A DNA stretch of 64,000 nucleotides from Histomonas meleagridis 2922-C6/04-290x (lineage: Eukaryota > Protista > Parabasalia), in the NCBI GenBank assembly GCA_020184695.1, contig JAANOX010000099.1, positions 350,719 through 414,718 on the forward strand, written 5' to 3'. Made by a program: the position numbers and the translations under genes. The notes below the pieces were generated by a model that saw only the letters and a program-made list of their open reading frames with translations, searched no databases and was not told the DNA's origin. Below, in pieces: positions 37,892 through 50,257 of the stretch; positions within the stretch are counted from its first letter, which is position 1; each line of letters begins with the position of its first letter.

Positions 37892-38587
37892 TCAATAAAA
37901 TATGTCAGAAAATTTTGAATCGTTTTATTTTTGTCAATTAATTGTCAACTTATAAGTTTTCTTATTTTCCCTGTTGTTAGAAAGACATTTATTGAAAAAG
38001 GCATGATTATTAATTTATATCTGTGTTACATAATCACAGTAACATTAAATAATTTTGGTACACATGGGATGTGGAATATAATTGAAATTAATTTTTAAAT
38101 TTAAACAGTAATATTGCCCTCATTATGAATTTATGATGCACTAAATAGTGTTTATGGAAAATATGGTGAAATATTATAAATCAATTGATTTGTGAATGAA
38201 AATTTCATTTATAACTTTTAATAATAAAGTTATATATACTTGCTTGAGCATCTTTATGATGACATGTTAATATATCGAAAATCATTGTTATAACAAAAGA
38301 AATGAAAATATATTTCGAAACGAATTCAAAAAAATACAGTGAACTCACTGTCCTCTTGCTTAGTAATACTACAGAGCTAGATTATATGTTTTTTAGTCAT
38401 GATTAAATTGAAGTCTTGCCTCATTTTTTTTTCTTGAAAACGTTCAGTTGCTTCAATTTTGTTTGACAAATATTTGACACTGCTATCAAATTCATAAATA
38501 TCACCGCAGAAAACTGCTCTAAATATCAGACGATATGATTTTTTTGACTAGGTCGATTTGCTTAACTACTGAAAAAGTGACAAGCAA

Positions 38588-41500
38588 ATGCCTTCTCTTT
38601 CGAGCCAACTAAAATTTATCCTTAAAGATAAAACATTTGCACCAAAACAATTTATAACAAATAGCTTTGCTGAGTTTCTGAATCTAGTCCTTGAATTTAT
38701 AAGTATTCAGTCTGAATCACCTCAAAATGGTCGAAATAAGTCAAAGAAAGACAAAGAAATTGAAAAAATATTCAATAAAATATTTAGTTCATTTTCAAAA
38801 ATATTTCCTTACTTAACAGAGAGTACAATTCTACATAATGCGAGCACTTTAAATACAATTTTCTCAATTTTGATGCATCCACTTTCACCTGAAAGCATAC
38901 GTACAACAGCTCTCAACCTACTTCTTCAGTTAATTGTTTTAGTCGATGAACCAAATTTAGATTTATTTCATGATTCCTTAACTTTTATGATTCCATATAA
39001 CAGATTTTCTCGTGATCCAGAAGAAGAGCAAAGTCTTATATCTCTCTTTCAAAATGTTAAGCACATATATAATCCTGATCCATCAACGTCCACCTTAGAA
39101 TCTGCTGAATCACAACTTAACCTTATTCTTAAGTTTATTAACAACAATTGGTCAGCTTTTCCTCGTACATGTGTTCATATTCTTTCCAAATACATTCTCT
39201 CCATCACCTATCATAGCATAGCAGAATCATGTCCAAAATGTGCTTTAGATGTTGGCTTCAAAAGTCCTCCACCCGAAACCTTTGTTTCACAACTTTATTA
39301 TTTTGTTAATCAATTCAATGACATCAAAAATGACATTTTACCAATATCACAATCTTCAGCGATTTTATCCATTTTCATATACTTTTTTGAGGCAACCATT
39401 CCCACACTTAACAAACGCGACTTAATTGCGATATTAACATTTTTAACATCGCTTGTCAAGATCAAAGAATTATTTAATGATTCGATGGACAAAGCCATTA
39501 AAATCATCAAAATATTTATCCAAATATTAGAAGATCCGGATCCAGAGAACAAAGTTGTAATAACAGTTGCCGAACGATTTGTTACCACCTTTTTTGATTC
39601 GATTTTTTCTTTACAAAACATACAACAAATTTCGGAATTTTTTGTTTTCATATTTAAAGAATATTCATCCAAAAGTGTCAGTGTTTCATTTTTATTTTGT
39701 TTCTTATTACAATTTATTACAATAAGACAAATCGACTTAAAAGATTTAATACATATATTAATTAATAATAACACATTATATTTATCAATTGCTGTTCATT
39801 TTTCACAAATATTCGCAGTCGAATCATTTTTAACAATGTTCGAAATGCAAATCGATGAATTATTTGAATATTGTGATAAATATTTACAACTTAAAAAGAA
39901 TGAACATATTATCAACCACAAAAATGATTGGTTATATTCCAATCTTCGGAACATATTTAATGAGTCGAATTTAAAGCCGATTCCACAAATATCGTTAAAA
40001 ATACAAAAATTCGAAACTTTTCAAAAAGAACTTTCGTTTATATCTATTCCAAGAATTACAGAATGTAACAAAACAATGATAAATTATTACATTTCATTAT
40101 TCGATGACATGTCAAATGAAAATTTCTGTTTTCCATTATTATCATATTTTTATTCATTGGTAAAATTAAATGTTTGGCCAATGGAAATAGAACAAAACGA
40201 GTATAACTTAATATTATATTCGTTTGAATATTTGATTAATGTTATTACATATCAAAAAAATGAAATTTCATTTATATCATTTAACATTTTATATAAATTA
40301 ATAACGAAATTATCATATAAAAATTGTTTTGATATAAATTCATTAACGAAATTATATTCAATTGTTATTGAGATGTTATTAAATCAAAATGAAGAAATTC
40401 GTTACAAAGCATTTAAAGCATCGATCAAATTCATAAAAAATAGTTTTTCTGGTTCGCAATTTTTAATTCCGATTTTAATTTGTTTAATAGAAAAAGAAAA
40501 AATTAAATTAACAAATTTAATAATTGGATTCATTACATCATATCCATTGTTCATTAAAACGTTTTATTTTCCAGAAGATTTCATTAATGATGTTAAATCG
40601 ATGTTAAATGATGAAAAAGATCAATTAATTAATGATTACGAATATGTTTTGGATTATAAAAATGAGAATTTATTCGATGCAGTAATTGAAATTTTAAATA
40701 AAATTTCATTCAAGGAATTTCCGTTAATTATTCACTCATATGTTCAATTGATTTCTTTCGTTTTACTTTCAAATAATAAAGTGAATAATTACATTATAAA
40801 TTCATTTGACAGAATTATCGAAGGAATTAACCAAAAAAGTGACATAGTTTTGTATGCTTTACTGAGTTCGTTGCCGTTATTTCATTCAATCTCAGAATTG
40901 TATCAAACCGAAACTTCCGATTTCATTGAAAAAATTGTCAGACTTTGTTTAGTTTTAAAAAATATTGAAAACATAAATTGGTATAATACATTTCTATTAT
41001 ATTGTTCATCTTTATTAATTTATAATTATAATTTGATCTATAAGTCCAAAGTTTATGAAATTTTTTTGAATTTTTTAATGGAGAACAAAGAAAACAAAAA
41101 TCAAAAATTTGAATTGTCACTTTTGTTGTTAACATCTCAATTTGGGTTATACCCATTCAATCAAATCTTTGATGCGGAAACAAAAAACGTGTTTTTGACT
41201 CAATTTGGAAATTATTATATTCCTTCAAAAGATGGCTTAATGTGCTTAAGTGATTCTGGAATATTTTCATGGGAATTTAAGCCATTTAAATCAGACGAAA
41301 AAATATTACCAAATATTTTCGAAGATTTGGAAACAATTAAGTTAACTGATGAATTTGTCCCAGACTTTCAACAGAACTTTACAAGGCCTTTGGCTGAGGT
41401 CATGAATATTATAAATTTAAGATCTGATCTAACAAATTCATTACATTCTTTTCCATTGATTAATGAAATTATGGCATCACTTAAAAGCATAGAATCATCG

Positions 41501-42301
41501 TATGAAAAGGTCATGCGTCAAGTATCAGATCCTGTAAATGTTGTTGAAATGAGTGAAATTTCACCATTACAACCATCAACACCAATGACATTACTTGGAA
41601 TTCTTGATCCACTTGAACCCGAAACATTGTTATCTTTACCTAAGAATCAAGAAACAAAGGAATTTTTAAAATCATTTCAAGATAATCTATCAAAGAAACA
41701 TTTGAAAGTAGGTTTATTATTCACGGATGAAAACCATTCAAAGCAATCTGATTTGCTTACAATGACATTAGAAGAAACCTCTCCAAGATTCCAAGAGTTT
41801 TTAGTTTCATTAGGAAATTTAACCGTTATGAAGAGCGGTTATGACAGCTTTACATCAAACGATAGTAAATTGAATGTTTTACTTTACTCGGACTTGTTAT
41901 ATGAAATATCGTTCCAAACTCCGACACTTTTTAAGCCAACTTTTGATGATCCTTATAAAATCAAGAAAATGAATTTAATACTTGAGAATCCAATAGTTAT
42001 TGTTTGGATAGAAAGTGGCAGAGGTTTTAATGAAAATATATTTTTATCAAATTCAAATAAATATTACATATTAGTTTATCCATTAGAAAATGGATTATTC
42101 AGAGTTGACTTAACTTCTACGGGAAAAGCAATGGTGAAAACACAGATTGTGTTAAAGAGAATGTTGACATTTTTCGTTCGTACAATTATCATTTTTATAA
42201 ATGAATTCATAAGCCCCCAGACACATAAAATGGAAAAGCCAAATCACCCGGAGGCTAAGGCGCAAACTTTGTGTCAAACTTATATCGATATTTGTTATTG
42301 A
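38588..42301 (+). CDS. Rap/Ran-GAP domain protein (RalGAP-alpha/tuberin-like)
   Basis: 1237 aa. C-terminal HLKVGLLF...SPRFQEFLVSLG...YEISFQTPTL...VIVWIE...ILVYPLENGLFRV; N-terminal LMHP...IRTTALNLLL. Confidence 0.8.
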   Translation: MPSLSSQLKFILKDKTFAPKQFITNSFAEFLNLVLEFISIQSESPQNGRNKSKKDKEIEKIFNKIFSSFSKIFPYLTESTILHNASTLNTIFSILMHPLSPESIRTTALNLLLQLIVLVDEPNLDLFHDSLTFMIPYNRFSRDPEEEQSLISLFQNVKHIYNPDPSTSTLESAESQLNLILKFINNNWSAFPRTCVHILSKYILSITYHSIAESCPKCALDVGFKSPPPETFVSQLYYFVNQFNDIKNDILPISQSSAILSIFIYFFEATIPTLNKRDLIAILTFLTSLVKIKELFNDSMDKAIKIIKIFIQILEDPDPENKVVITVAERFVTTFFDSIFSLQNIQQISEFFVFIFKEYSSKSVSVSFLFCFLLQFITIRQIDLKDLIHILINNNTLYLSIAVHFSQIFAVESFLTMFEMQIDELFEYCDKYLQLKKNEHIINHKNDWLYSNLRNIFNESNLKPIPQISLKIQKFETFQKELSFISIPRITECNKTMINYYISLFDDMSNENFCFPLLSYFYSLVKLNVWPMEIEQNEYNLILYSFEYLINVITYQKNEISFISFNILYKLITKLSYKNCFDINSLTKLYSIVIEMLLNQNEEIRYKAFKASIKFIKNSFSGSQFLIPILICLIEKEKIKLTNLIIGFITSYPLFIKTFYFPEDFINDVKSMLNDEKDQLINDYEYVLDYKNENLFDAVIEILNKISFKEFPLIIHSYVQLISFVLLSNNKVNNYIINSFDRIIEGINQKSDIVLYALLSSLPLFHSISELYQTETSDFIEKIVRLCLVLKNIENINWYNTFLLYCSSLLIYNYNLIYKSKVYEIFLNFLMENKENKNQKFELSLLLLTSQFGLYPFNQIFDAETKNVFLTQFGNYYIPSKDGLMCLSDSGIFSWEFKPFKSDEKILPNIFEDLETIKLTDEFVPDFQQNFTRPLAEVMNIINLRSDLTNSLHSFPLINEIMASLKSIESSYEKVMRQVSDPVNVVEMSEISPLQPSTPMTLLGILDPLEPETLLSLPKNQETKEFLKSFQDNLSKKHLKVGLLFTDENHSKQSDLLTMTLEETSPRFQEFLVSLGNLTVMKSGYDSFTSNDSKLNVLLYSDLLYEISFQTPTLFKPTFDDPYKIKKMNLILENPIVIVWIESGRGFNENIFLSNSNKYYILVYPLENGLFRVDLTSTGKAMVKTQIVLKRMLTFFVRTIIIFINEFISPQTHKMEKPNHPEAKAQTLCQTYIDICY

Positions 42302-42575
42302 ATAAATCTGTTATTTTTTTTTAAGTTGTTATTTCACTATTTTAAGTAATGACGATTCCTAATTTTACTGTGCTTTTGTAAGCGATGCGTCAAATAGTTC
42401 AAAATAATTTCGAAAAATATCTTCTGTATTAGTTCCAATTTCTTGAGGAAACAATTTTGCAGTAAATTGATATCCATTTGTCCTTTTAATGATAACCCGC
42501 TTTAAAAAAACTCAATTACATAAATAAAGAGAAATGTGAAATGAAATCAAATGGTGAAATTTTAATTAATTTTGT

Positions 42576-43145
42576 TCATCCGCAAGACGTGCAATCTAAA
42601 AGAACACCTGCTATGATCATCAAAACAAAAGCAGCGAAGAAGACACCCAACGAAACGTATGAAAAAATCTCAATATCATCCGGAATGGAAGAAACACATC
42701 TTTTTGCTTCTAATGACAAGCATTCTGTTCTTAACGAAAGTATTGCACAACAGCCAAATGCTTTTTCAATTGCTTCTGTTAGTTTATCATTGTAGAAATG
42801 GATTCCCAAGTAAGTTACAACATCTTGTGCGAAGCCACCCTTGTATATATATATTAGAATGGCAAATACTGCTCCAATAGCCCCATAAATATAAAGGAAA
42901 ACGGAAACAGAAATTCTGAAACCTTTGGAACCAGCGCAACCACCAGAAATCGACATAAAAAGAACGAAAACGCCAATACAAGTAATTACAATTAAGATAA
43001 TAAAGAATGTTTGATTATCATAAAGATCTTTGATCATTCCAAACTTAACAACAATAACAATCATCAGTGCTAATGAAAGGAGAACTCCTATTATTGAGAA
43101 GAGCATAATGAGTGCGTTTTTACAGCAGCTTGGTTTGCAAGGCAT
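42576..43145 (-). CDS. Tetraspanin-like protein
   Basis: Four TM helices and a large loop with EKAFGCC plus further cysteines; 189 aa. Confidence 0.75.
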   Translation of the reverse strand: MPCKPSCCKNALIMLFSIIGVLLSLALMIVIVVKFGMIKDLYDNQTFFIILIVITCIGVFVLFMSISGGCAGSKGFRISVSVFLYIYGAIGAVFAILIYIYKGGFAQDVVTYLGIHFYNDKLTEAIEKAFGCCAILSLRTECLSLEAKRCVSSIPDDIEIFSYVSLGVFFAAFVLMIIAGVLLDCTSCG

Positions 43146-43639
43146 TACTAAACAATGAAACTTTTTATTATTTCAACTTCTTTTCAATCAAAAATTTGTC
43201 AAATCTGTACATTTCATTCAAATTTTCTGCGTTTTTGGCTCTCAACTAGTGCAATTTAAAATTAAACGGCGGAGGTTTTTTGCCAGACGTTTGGACGATA
43301 ACACGCAGAAAAAATCGAATTTATTCCGAACTTTTTGATAAAAATTACGTGCGCACGATCAAAAGTGTTTTTGAAAAGAAAAAAGTTTTCCATCTTCTGA
43401 ATAATAGTTCGCTTTCGGTTCATAGAAGGTGAAATATCATCTACGGTCAGTGAGTAAAACAATAACTTCAATTAATAATAGCATCTATAACAAAGAAAAA
43501 CGATATATCTGATTCAATTAAAATATTTTAATACAAAAGTGTTATAAGCACAACAAAATTTACTGTTTCAAGATATATACAAGAAAATAAATTACAGTTT
43601 TAATTAAATTTTACAAATTAATATCAATATTATGTAATA

Positions 43640-44341
43640 TTAAATTTCTGTCGTACTGCGTTCTTTGTCTGTTGTACTTCTACTAATCTCTTCTATTTTT
43701 GGTTTTGTTTCTTTAGTTTTAAGCATATCTAATAATGACTTTTGAACTTTTGTTTCAACTTTAATTGGTGCAATACATTCAGCACCAGTATATCCTGGAC
43801 GAAGAGAAAGTCTTGAAACAGGATAAAATGAAACTATTGGTTCATTTTCTTTGATCAAGATTTCCCATTTTGGACTTGACCATAACGCTAATTGATCAAT
43901 TCCAAAGATGATTGGCATTCTATGGTGTATAGAGTTAACTTGTTTTGTTGCTTCTCTTGTTAAAATAACAAATTCTCCTCTTTGATTATAAAATGCAGCA
44001 AGGAACATAATTTCATCATTTTGCTTATGGAAGAAATATGGCTGTTTCTCCTTGTTCCATTCGAAATATCCATCAGCTGGAACAACACATCTTCTTTGAG
44101 TGATATCATTTTGGAATTTTTTCATAACAGTTTCAACGCGAGCATTAATAACTGTGTTAGTTAAAACCTGAGTACCCCATAATAAAAGAGAAATTTCCTC
44201 AGCTGTAACAATTGGTGCAACTGATCCTGGGGAAATGTTATTAGAAGGAGTAAAAGTCTTTCCATTTGTATTCACGTTTTGAACACCAGCAACTCTTCTG
44301 ATTTGTGCAAGTGCTCTATTTAAAGCGAATCTACCGCACAT
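43640..44341 (-). CDS. HMCES: SRAP-domain abasic-site processing protein (HMCES/YedK family)
   Basis: N-terminal MCGRF, with NISPG, INARVET, RCVVPADGYFEW and IHHRMPII. Confidence 0.92.
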   Translation of the reverse strand: MCGRFALNRALAQIRRVAGVQNVNTNGKTFTPSNNISPGSVAPIVTAEEISLLLWGTQVLTNTVINARVETVMKKFQNDITQRRCVVPADGYFEWNKEKQPYFFHKQNDEIMFLAAFYNQRGEFVILTREATKQVNSIHHRMPIIFGIDQLALWSSPKWEILIKENEPIVSFYPVSRLSLRPGYTGAECIAPIKVETKVQKSLLDMLKTKETKPKIEEISRSTTDKERSTTEI

Positions 44342-44431
44342 AAAAATATTTTATACGTTTATTTTTGAGGAAGTTCACTTTCGATTTGAGTAAGTTTGTT
44401 TGATTGGTCTGATCGTTTTTTGTTCAAATTT

Positions 44432-47400
44432 TCAATTGTAAATTTTGACGGATGAACTCCTCGTTGAGAAGGAAGTTGTTATTCGAGGGAGAATTTGAGA
44501 TGGTCTACTAATTTCTCTTTGAGAAGACATGGGGAATACCACTCTTAACCTTGCACCATAAGGACTAAAATCTGACAACACTGAATTATCATAAAGTAAT
44601 TGTAATGAGTTTGCATCATTATAATAAAACCTAATTTCTTTCACCTCGTCATATCTGTCTTCTTGTATACCCAAACATTGAAAATATCTAATTTTCGTTT
44701 CGCCGAACATTTCACCAGGAATAACTTTAAATACTTTTGGTGGATATCTTTGGTTAAATTTAATGGTTGTATCATCATAATCCCAAACATTCATTGTTGG
44801 AATTAACCATTCACCTTCATTTAATTCTATTTGATCATCTGGAATGTATTCCAAACGTAAAGGATTATGTGGTATATCACTAACAAAGCTATTTTCAGGA
44901 CAAATTCTTTCGATTACATTTCTTTTCTGCATTAATAAAAGTCTTAAAGGAGGATGATTAAGTTTTAATTCGAATTTTTGACGTATGTCATGAATGATAG
45001 CTCTAATACTTAATCTTTTTGGATAAATCACATGAACGTCATTAGTTTCCCCATTTGCTAAGACGAAGTATATTAATAATCGTTTTGTATAAGTAAAGCA
45101 TTCAATTGATATTTTTCTGAAGAAGTGGAATTCAATACTTTTTGCCCTCGTGCAAATTTCATATGGTATTTCATCGTCACTTTCTATAAACTCTTGTTTT
45201 GCTGTCAAATAAATTAATATTAAATCGAATTTATAATCGAATTTAATATTAAAACATTTTGCCAAAAAAATTTTAAATTTCAAAAATGATATAGTTTCAG
45301 GCACTACAACGTTTTTAACTTTTTTTTCATTACTTAAATATGTGACTTTAATTTCGAAAGTATTTCTACAATAATCCAAATAATTTATTGGGTTTAAAGG
45401 GTTTTGATTTAAAATTTTTAAATACGTCGATTTGTTATCAATTACTTTCCCATACTTTGAGATATCTTTAAATTTAATTTTACGATTTATTTGAGTTATA
45501 TGATTTGGTTGTATTAAGATCATTGCAGAACTCTTCGAGAACAAATCATTCATATTAACATTTTCTTCTATTTCATTATTACTAATAAAGAAACATTTTA
45601 AAGGCGCTTCAGGCGGCATATTAAATTTCATTCGATAAATTTCCAAAATTTTTTCAGGGCTATCATCGATTGAAATTATTACTGAAAACAAGTAATGTAT
45701 CGGAAAATAATTATTCCATAAATAAGTATAAACGAACAAAATAATTTTCTTGTAATTTGTATTACTAAAATAATCATCTTCATCATCAGAATCATATTCA
45801 AATATTAATTCATCATTTGGAGTTTCTTCATGTAATAATTCATTCTTATAATAATATACAAATATTAACACATCTTTACTTGAATATAATGATATATATT
45901 GATTTAATGTATTAGAAGAATTAGGTAATATACATTTAATAGTATTATAATGTTCAATTAAACATAACTTAAACTCGGATTTCTTGATTTGTTGTTCGAC
46001 TTGTGCATATAAATATTCACATTTATCATAACGTTTAACATCGAATTTTTCACATAAAAATTTCTTTGTCTTAAATGAAAAGTTATTATTTTGTGCATTA
46101 TATTCTAATATTGTATCATCTACTAAACCAATATGTAATGTATTTTGTATTTGATATCTTTTTTCTTCTTTTTCTTTCTTCTTTGTTAAGAAATCATGAT
46201 AATAATCTATGATTGATTTCGGTATATCATCATTCGAAATTGGATGATAAATATTTTGGATTTCACTTTGTTTAATATATATTAACATATATGCCGAATA
46301 TGTACGTTCATAATTACTCGTGCTATATTTATCAACACCTCCGAAGTTATTATCAATTGCTTCTGCTTCAGTAGCTATTGATACACTCGAATCATTAAAT
46401 TTATACCATTTTTCTTCTGGAGTAGTTCTTAAATATGCAAAATAATGTCCTCCATATGCATAACCAGAATGAACTAATATACCAAATAATTCATATTCCC
46501 AATCTTCGTCTTGATTCTCTTCTGTCTGTATTAAATATGGCTTTAAATCAATAGTCTTTGGAAATGAAAAATATGAATTTATCTTCGTCATCCGATTATA
46601 ATTAAAGTCATATTGAAACCTTCGTAAATGTAAATGTAATACTTTCGGAAACTCAATGAATTCGACGCCCATATCTGCTTCTTGTTTCCCATATTCTTCT
46701 GTATCATATTTGTTGTCGCCATCTAATTCTTCATGCTCAACATACTTCACAAATGATTCTTCAAGGGAATTACAATTCACAACGTCAAGTTGTAAATCAT
46801 AAAAATATTCACTACGTGAACTCTCGTAATCAACATTACGACATCTGATGAATGAACGTGATTCCCCACGAAATAAATCGGGAATCCGACCTTCCAAGTT
46901 GGTCTTCTTCATCTTCTCTTCAAGATTATCTAATAAAACTCGACAAAACTCTTGGATGTCATGTTGGATAAAACTATCTGAATCACTCCAACCAAATGAA
47001 CGCGTTAATGATTTGGTTGAGACTGGCGAATCAGATAATTGCATAAGGCCAAATAATCGTTGAAGATTTAAGCAGATGTTTTGATCATCTGATTTGTTTT
47101 GCATGGTACTATCCATGGTATATATTAATAAGCGAAACGCGGGAATGTGGAAAAGTGATTGAAGCATGGAATTCATGTAACAAGTGGCACCTTGGTTACG
47201 AAGTCCAACATATGGGATGACTTCGGGCTCGGAAACATGATATATTGGCGTTTGTACTGGGATTACTTTGACTGTGGGAGTATATGTAATCTCAATTTCG
47301 ATAATAACAACGTCATCATGTATATATCCTTTCTGGATATTTGATACTGCACTTTGAAAAACTGGAATTCTTATTGTGTGCTTGGTTTGACCTTCCGAAA

Positions 47401-47716
47401 AAGAACATTTTATGGGATTTGGATTGGTAGTTGTTTCTTTTGGTATTTCATTAATGACTGAAAATTGAAATGAAAATTCCTTCTCTTCTTTGGCTTCCGG
47501 CATCTCAACTGTTATCTTTACAAAATCTGATTCGCATCTAGTGAGTGTAAAACTAAATGTATAATCCCCATGCTGACAAATAAGGTTGAACTCGTTTTCG
47601 ACGTTTGACCAATTTTCTAATTTCCACGTTTCTTTGATATGGAAGCCAGAATCCGTTTCATTTGGCGCAGATACCCCTTCACTTTGTGAAGAGTATTCTT
47701 GGATGATTGGTTCCAT
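44432..47716 (-). CDS. USP7: Ubiquitin-specific protease, USP7/UBP15-like (MATH plus UCH)
   Basis: Cys box YVGLRNQGATCYMNS, QHDIQEFCRVLLDNLE, LHLHLRRFQYD, and His box HSGYAYGGHYFAY...WYKFND. Confidence 0.88.
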   Translation of the reverse strand: MEPIIQEYSSQSEGVSAPNETDSGFHIKETWKLENWSNVENEFNLICQHGDYTFSFTLTRCESDFVKITVEMPEAKEEKEFSFQFSVINEIPKETTTNPNPIKCSFSEGQTKHTIRIPVFQSAVSNIQKGYIHDDVVIIEIEITYTPTVKVIPVQTPIYHVSEPEVIPYVGLRNQGATCYMNSMLQSLFHIPAFRLLIYTMDSTMQNKSDDQNICLNLQRLFGLMQLSDSPVSTKSLTRSFGWSDSDSFIQHDIQEFCRVLLDNLEEKMKKTNLEGRIPDLFRGESRSFIRCRNVDYESSRSEYFYDLQLDVVNCNSLEESFVKYVEHEELDGDNKYDTEEYGKQEADMGVEFIEFPKVLHLHLRRFQYDFNYNRMTKINSYFSFPKTIDLKPYLIQTEENQDEDWEYELFGILVHSGYAYGGHYFAYLRTTPEEKWYKFNDSSVSIATEAEAIDNNFGGVDKYSTSNYERTYSAYMLIYIKQSEIQNIYHPISNDDIPKSIIDYYHDFLTKKKEKEEKRYQIQNTLHIGLVDDTILEYNAQNNNFSFKTKKFLCEKFDVKRYDKCEYLYAQVEQQIKKSEFKLCLIEHYNTIKCILPNSSNTLNQYISLYSSKDVLIFVYYYKNELLHEETPNDELIFEYDSDDEDDYFSNTNYKKIILFVYTYLWNNYFPIHYLFSVIISIDDSPEKILEIYRMKFNMPPEAPLKCFFISNNEIEENVNMNDLFSKSSAMILIQPNHITQINRKIKFKDISKYGKVIDNKSTYLKILNQNPLNPINYLDYCRNTFEIKVTYLSNEKKVKNVVVPETISFLKFKIFLAKCFNIKFDYKFDLILIYLTAKQEFIESDDEIPYEICTRAKSIEFHFFRKISIECFTYTKRLLIYFVLANGETNDVHVIYPKRLSIRAIIHDIRQKFELKLNHPPLRLLLMQKRNVIERICPENSFVSDIPHNPLRLEYIPDDQIELNEGEWLIPTMNVWDYDDTTIKFNQRYPPKVFKVIPGEMFGETKIRYFQCLGIQEDRYDEVKEIRFYYNDANSLQLLYDNSVLSDFSPYGARLRVVFPMSSQREISRPSQILPRITTSFSTRSSSVKIYN

Positions 47717-48043
47717 TTCAAGACGTCTTGGATGGAATTCTGAAAATAAATGGTCAGGCGGTTATTGATCACTGGAAAAACAAGAAAAAATAATACCATT
47801 GTATCAAAATCTAGAAAATAATTCATAGTTTTTTTTGCATAGAAGGAGTGCCTTTCAGGTATTACTTAGTTTTATCGAAATATATTAAATTAAACATTTA
47901 TTAATTTTTCAAAATAATGGCTTTAAAATTCCAGGTATAATAAAAGTCATGAGTGTTGCTTTAGAATTAAAGTGATTTCAAGTTCACTTAAATTACAAGA
48001 TATGATTTTTAAAAATTAGAAATAATAATAAAAGTTTAATATA

Positions 48044-48370
48044 TTAATCCTCTGCTAAAATGTCGCTAACTTTAATAACATCAGTGCACTGAAGAGAAAA
48101 TTCGAGTGAAGGAGTGTCAAGATCCCAAAGTCTAACTTGTCCAACATCAGCAATTTTTTTAAGTTCACCTTCATCTGTTGTTACTATGACAGGCTTGTAA
48201 CCATCTGGAAGTTCTAAATACTTTCCAAATAATTGATGTCCTCTAAAAAATCCAATATATTGTCCATTTTTGTTTTCTGAAATTCTGCTATCAAAGTACT
48301 GACTTACCTTTGCAGGTCCATCATAGTTAATATGTGCAGGAATCCATTCTGCTTTCAGTGGTTGAGACAT
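48044..48370 (-). CDS. RNASEH2C: Ribonuclease H2 subunit C
   Basis: WIPAHINYDGPAKVSQYF, FRGHQLFG..LELPDGY and WDLD. Likely ATG at 48370 (MSQPLK). Confidence 0.85.
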   Translation of the reverse strand: MSQPLKAEWIPAHINYDGPAKVSQYFDSRISENKNGQYIGFFRGHQLFGKYLELPDGYKPVIVTTDEGELKKIADVGQVRLWDLDTPSLEFSLQCTDVIKVSDILAED

Positions 48371-48599
48371 TGGTTTGGGGCACCCTGTTCCATTTTCACC
48401 AAAAATATTAAACAAAATGAACTTCTTAATTTTTATTGAAATCAATTGTATAAATATGAATAAAAAATATGAACATCTTTAGGTTTTGACTTTTTAAGCA
48501 TTTCAAACATTATTTTTATCATAATAAATTGTTTGTCATTTTAAAAAAAATGGAAAATTTAATATATATATAATTTATTTCCGTAACACTAAAAGTGCT

Positions 48600-50060
48600 T
48601 TATACTAAATGTTGAGCCATTTCTTTTACAATTGCGAATCTCTTTCTAATTTCATGGTATTTTTCTTTATCGCTCAAGTCCGACAAATTCACTTTTATTA
48701 CTTCGCTAGCGTTGTCAAAGTAAACAATTTTCGATGCAGATTCGATGACCAGTTTTGTGTGGTCTCTAAAATTTGCTTGGATATCTCGATTTGCCATTCT
48801 AAACAAAACCCCATCGTTAGTTCTAGCCCAATATTTAACATGTCCAATTACATCTGTTGGCATATTAATACGTAATGGAGGTGCAGTTAATTCATTTGCT
48901 TTTTGTTTTAATTCAGATGCAAAATATTTGATCAAAAGTAGTTTCTTTCGATGTGGCGATTCCTCGATACCTTTCATGGATATTATTTCAGGAGCTGGCT
49001 TTTGAGGTGAGTCCCAATATTGTGCTAATGATTCATCAGGTGTCATTAAGATCCGAGTTGAATCATTAAAGCATGCTCCACAAATACTGTTGTGTAGTAA
49101 ATAAGCTAGCCCATAACGATGGGAATAATCCCACCAAATTCGCACTGATGTGCTTGGAAGAGTTAACGGTCGCTCTGACAAAACCGGAAAACGGTTCAAG
49201 CTGCCGGTGACCTGGCGAGTGATGAACGGGTGGGAGAGAAGGGCGCGTGCTGGTGGCCGCATGGCTGGGTCACGTTGCAAAAGACAATCTACAAAGTTTC
49301 TTGCGACTTCAGAAACTCCGCAATTTTCCGGCCAAGAATATGCAACATGACGAATCTTTTTAAGCGTTTGATGTTTATCTTTGGACTGAAAGGGTTGGTG
49401 CCCTGTAAGCATTAGAAAGGCACAAACACCTGTGGCCCATATATCAACACTAGTAGTTTGGCCTTCGCGATGACCAATAACTTCAGGTGAAAGATATCCT
49501 GGAGTGCCACATATTGTCATTCGTTTTTCATCGTCATCAATGATTTTGGCACTTAATCCAAAATCTGCAATTTTTAATTTCCATTCACTATCAAGTAGAA
49601 AATTCTGAAGCTTCAAATCACGGTGAATAACATGATTGTCATGTAAGTAAACTAGACCTTCAAGAATTTGTCGACAATAATCTGCTGCTTCATCTTCTGA
49701 GAAAACACGTTTTTGTCTGAGAATATCTAAAAGGGTTCCATTGGGACAATATTCCATAAGGATATAAATGTAATTATCATCTTGAAAAACCCCGCGAAAT
49801 TCTACTATATGTGGATGATGAAGAGAACGTTGAATATCAACCTCGCTAAAAATTTTGCGCTTAATTCTTTCGCTTGTGATGCGTGTTTTTGAGATGCATT
49901 TAATTGCAATTGGTGTATGAGATGGGAGTTCTTCTCCTGCATAAACAGTACCGAAACCTCCAGAGCCAGCTTTCTCCCCAATTACATAGCTTACCTTGGT
50001 TCCGTCATGAGAAGTCTTGTGAAGAACCCCAGGAACAGGGGGCAAATCCTCACTATTCAT
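48600..50060 (-). CDS. PLK1: Polo-like kinase
   Basis: Kinase motifs GSGGFG, HRDLKLQN, DFG and ICGTPGYLSPE, plus polo boxes (WWDYSHRYGLAYLL, KYWART..GVLFRM). Confidence 0.9.
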   Translation of the reverse strand: MNSEDLPPVPGVLHKTSHDGTKVSYVIGEKAGSGGFGTVYAGEELPSHTPIAIKCISKTRITSERIKRKIFSEVDIQRSLHHPHIVEFRGVFQDDNYIYILMEYCPNGTLLDILRQKRVFSEDEAADYCRQILEGLVYLHDNHVIHRDLKLQNFLLDSEWKLKIADFGLSAKIIDDDEKRMTICGTPGYLSPEVIGHREGQTTSVDIWATGVCAFLMLTGHQPFQSKDKHQTLKKIRHVAYSWPENCGVSEVARNFVDCLLQRDPAMRPPARALLSHPFITRQVTGSLNRFPVLSERPLTLPSTSVRIWWDYSHRYGLAYLLHNSICGACFNDSTRILMTPDESLAQYWDSPQKPAPEIISMKGIEESPHRKKLLLIKYFASELKQKANELTAPPLRINMPTDVIGHVKYWARTNDGVLFRMANRDIQANFRDHTKLVIESASKIVYFDNASEVIKVNLSDLSDKEKYHEIRKRFAIVKEMAQHLV

Positions 50061-50257
50061 ACGGAGCTCGTTTTTTCGTTTTCAATGCTTTTTTCGGTTT
50101 GTTCTGAAGCTAAAAGACGATAAAAAATTGAGAGCAGTTCCAATTTTGCACTAAAAACAAACTTATTCGATTTTGAACCCAAAACATCAGAATTTTGAAA
50201 AAATGTCGGATTTATATATTACAAACATAGTTTAGATGATTAATTTCGATTTTAAAA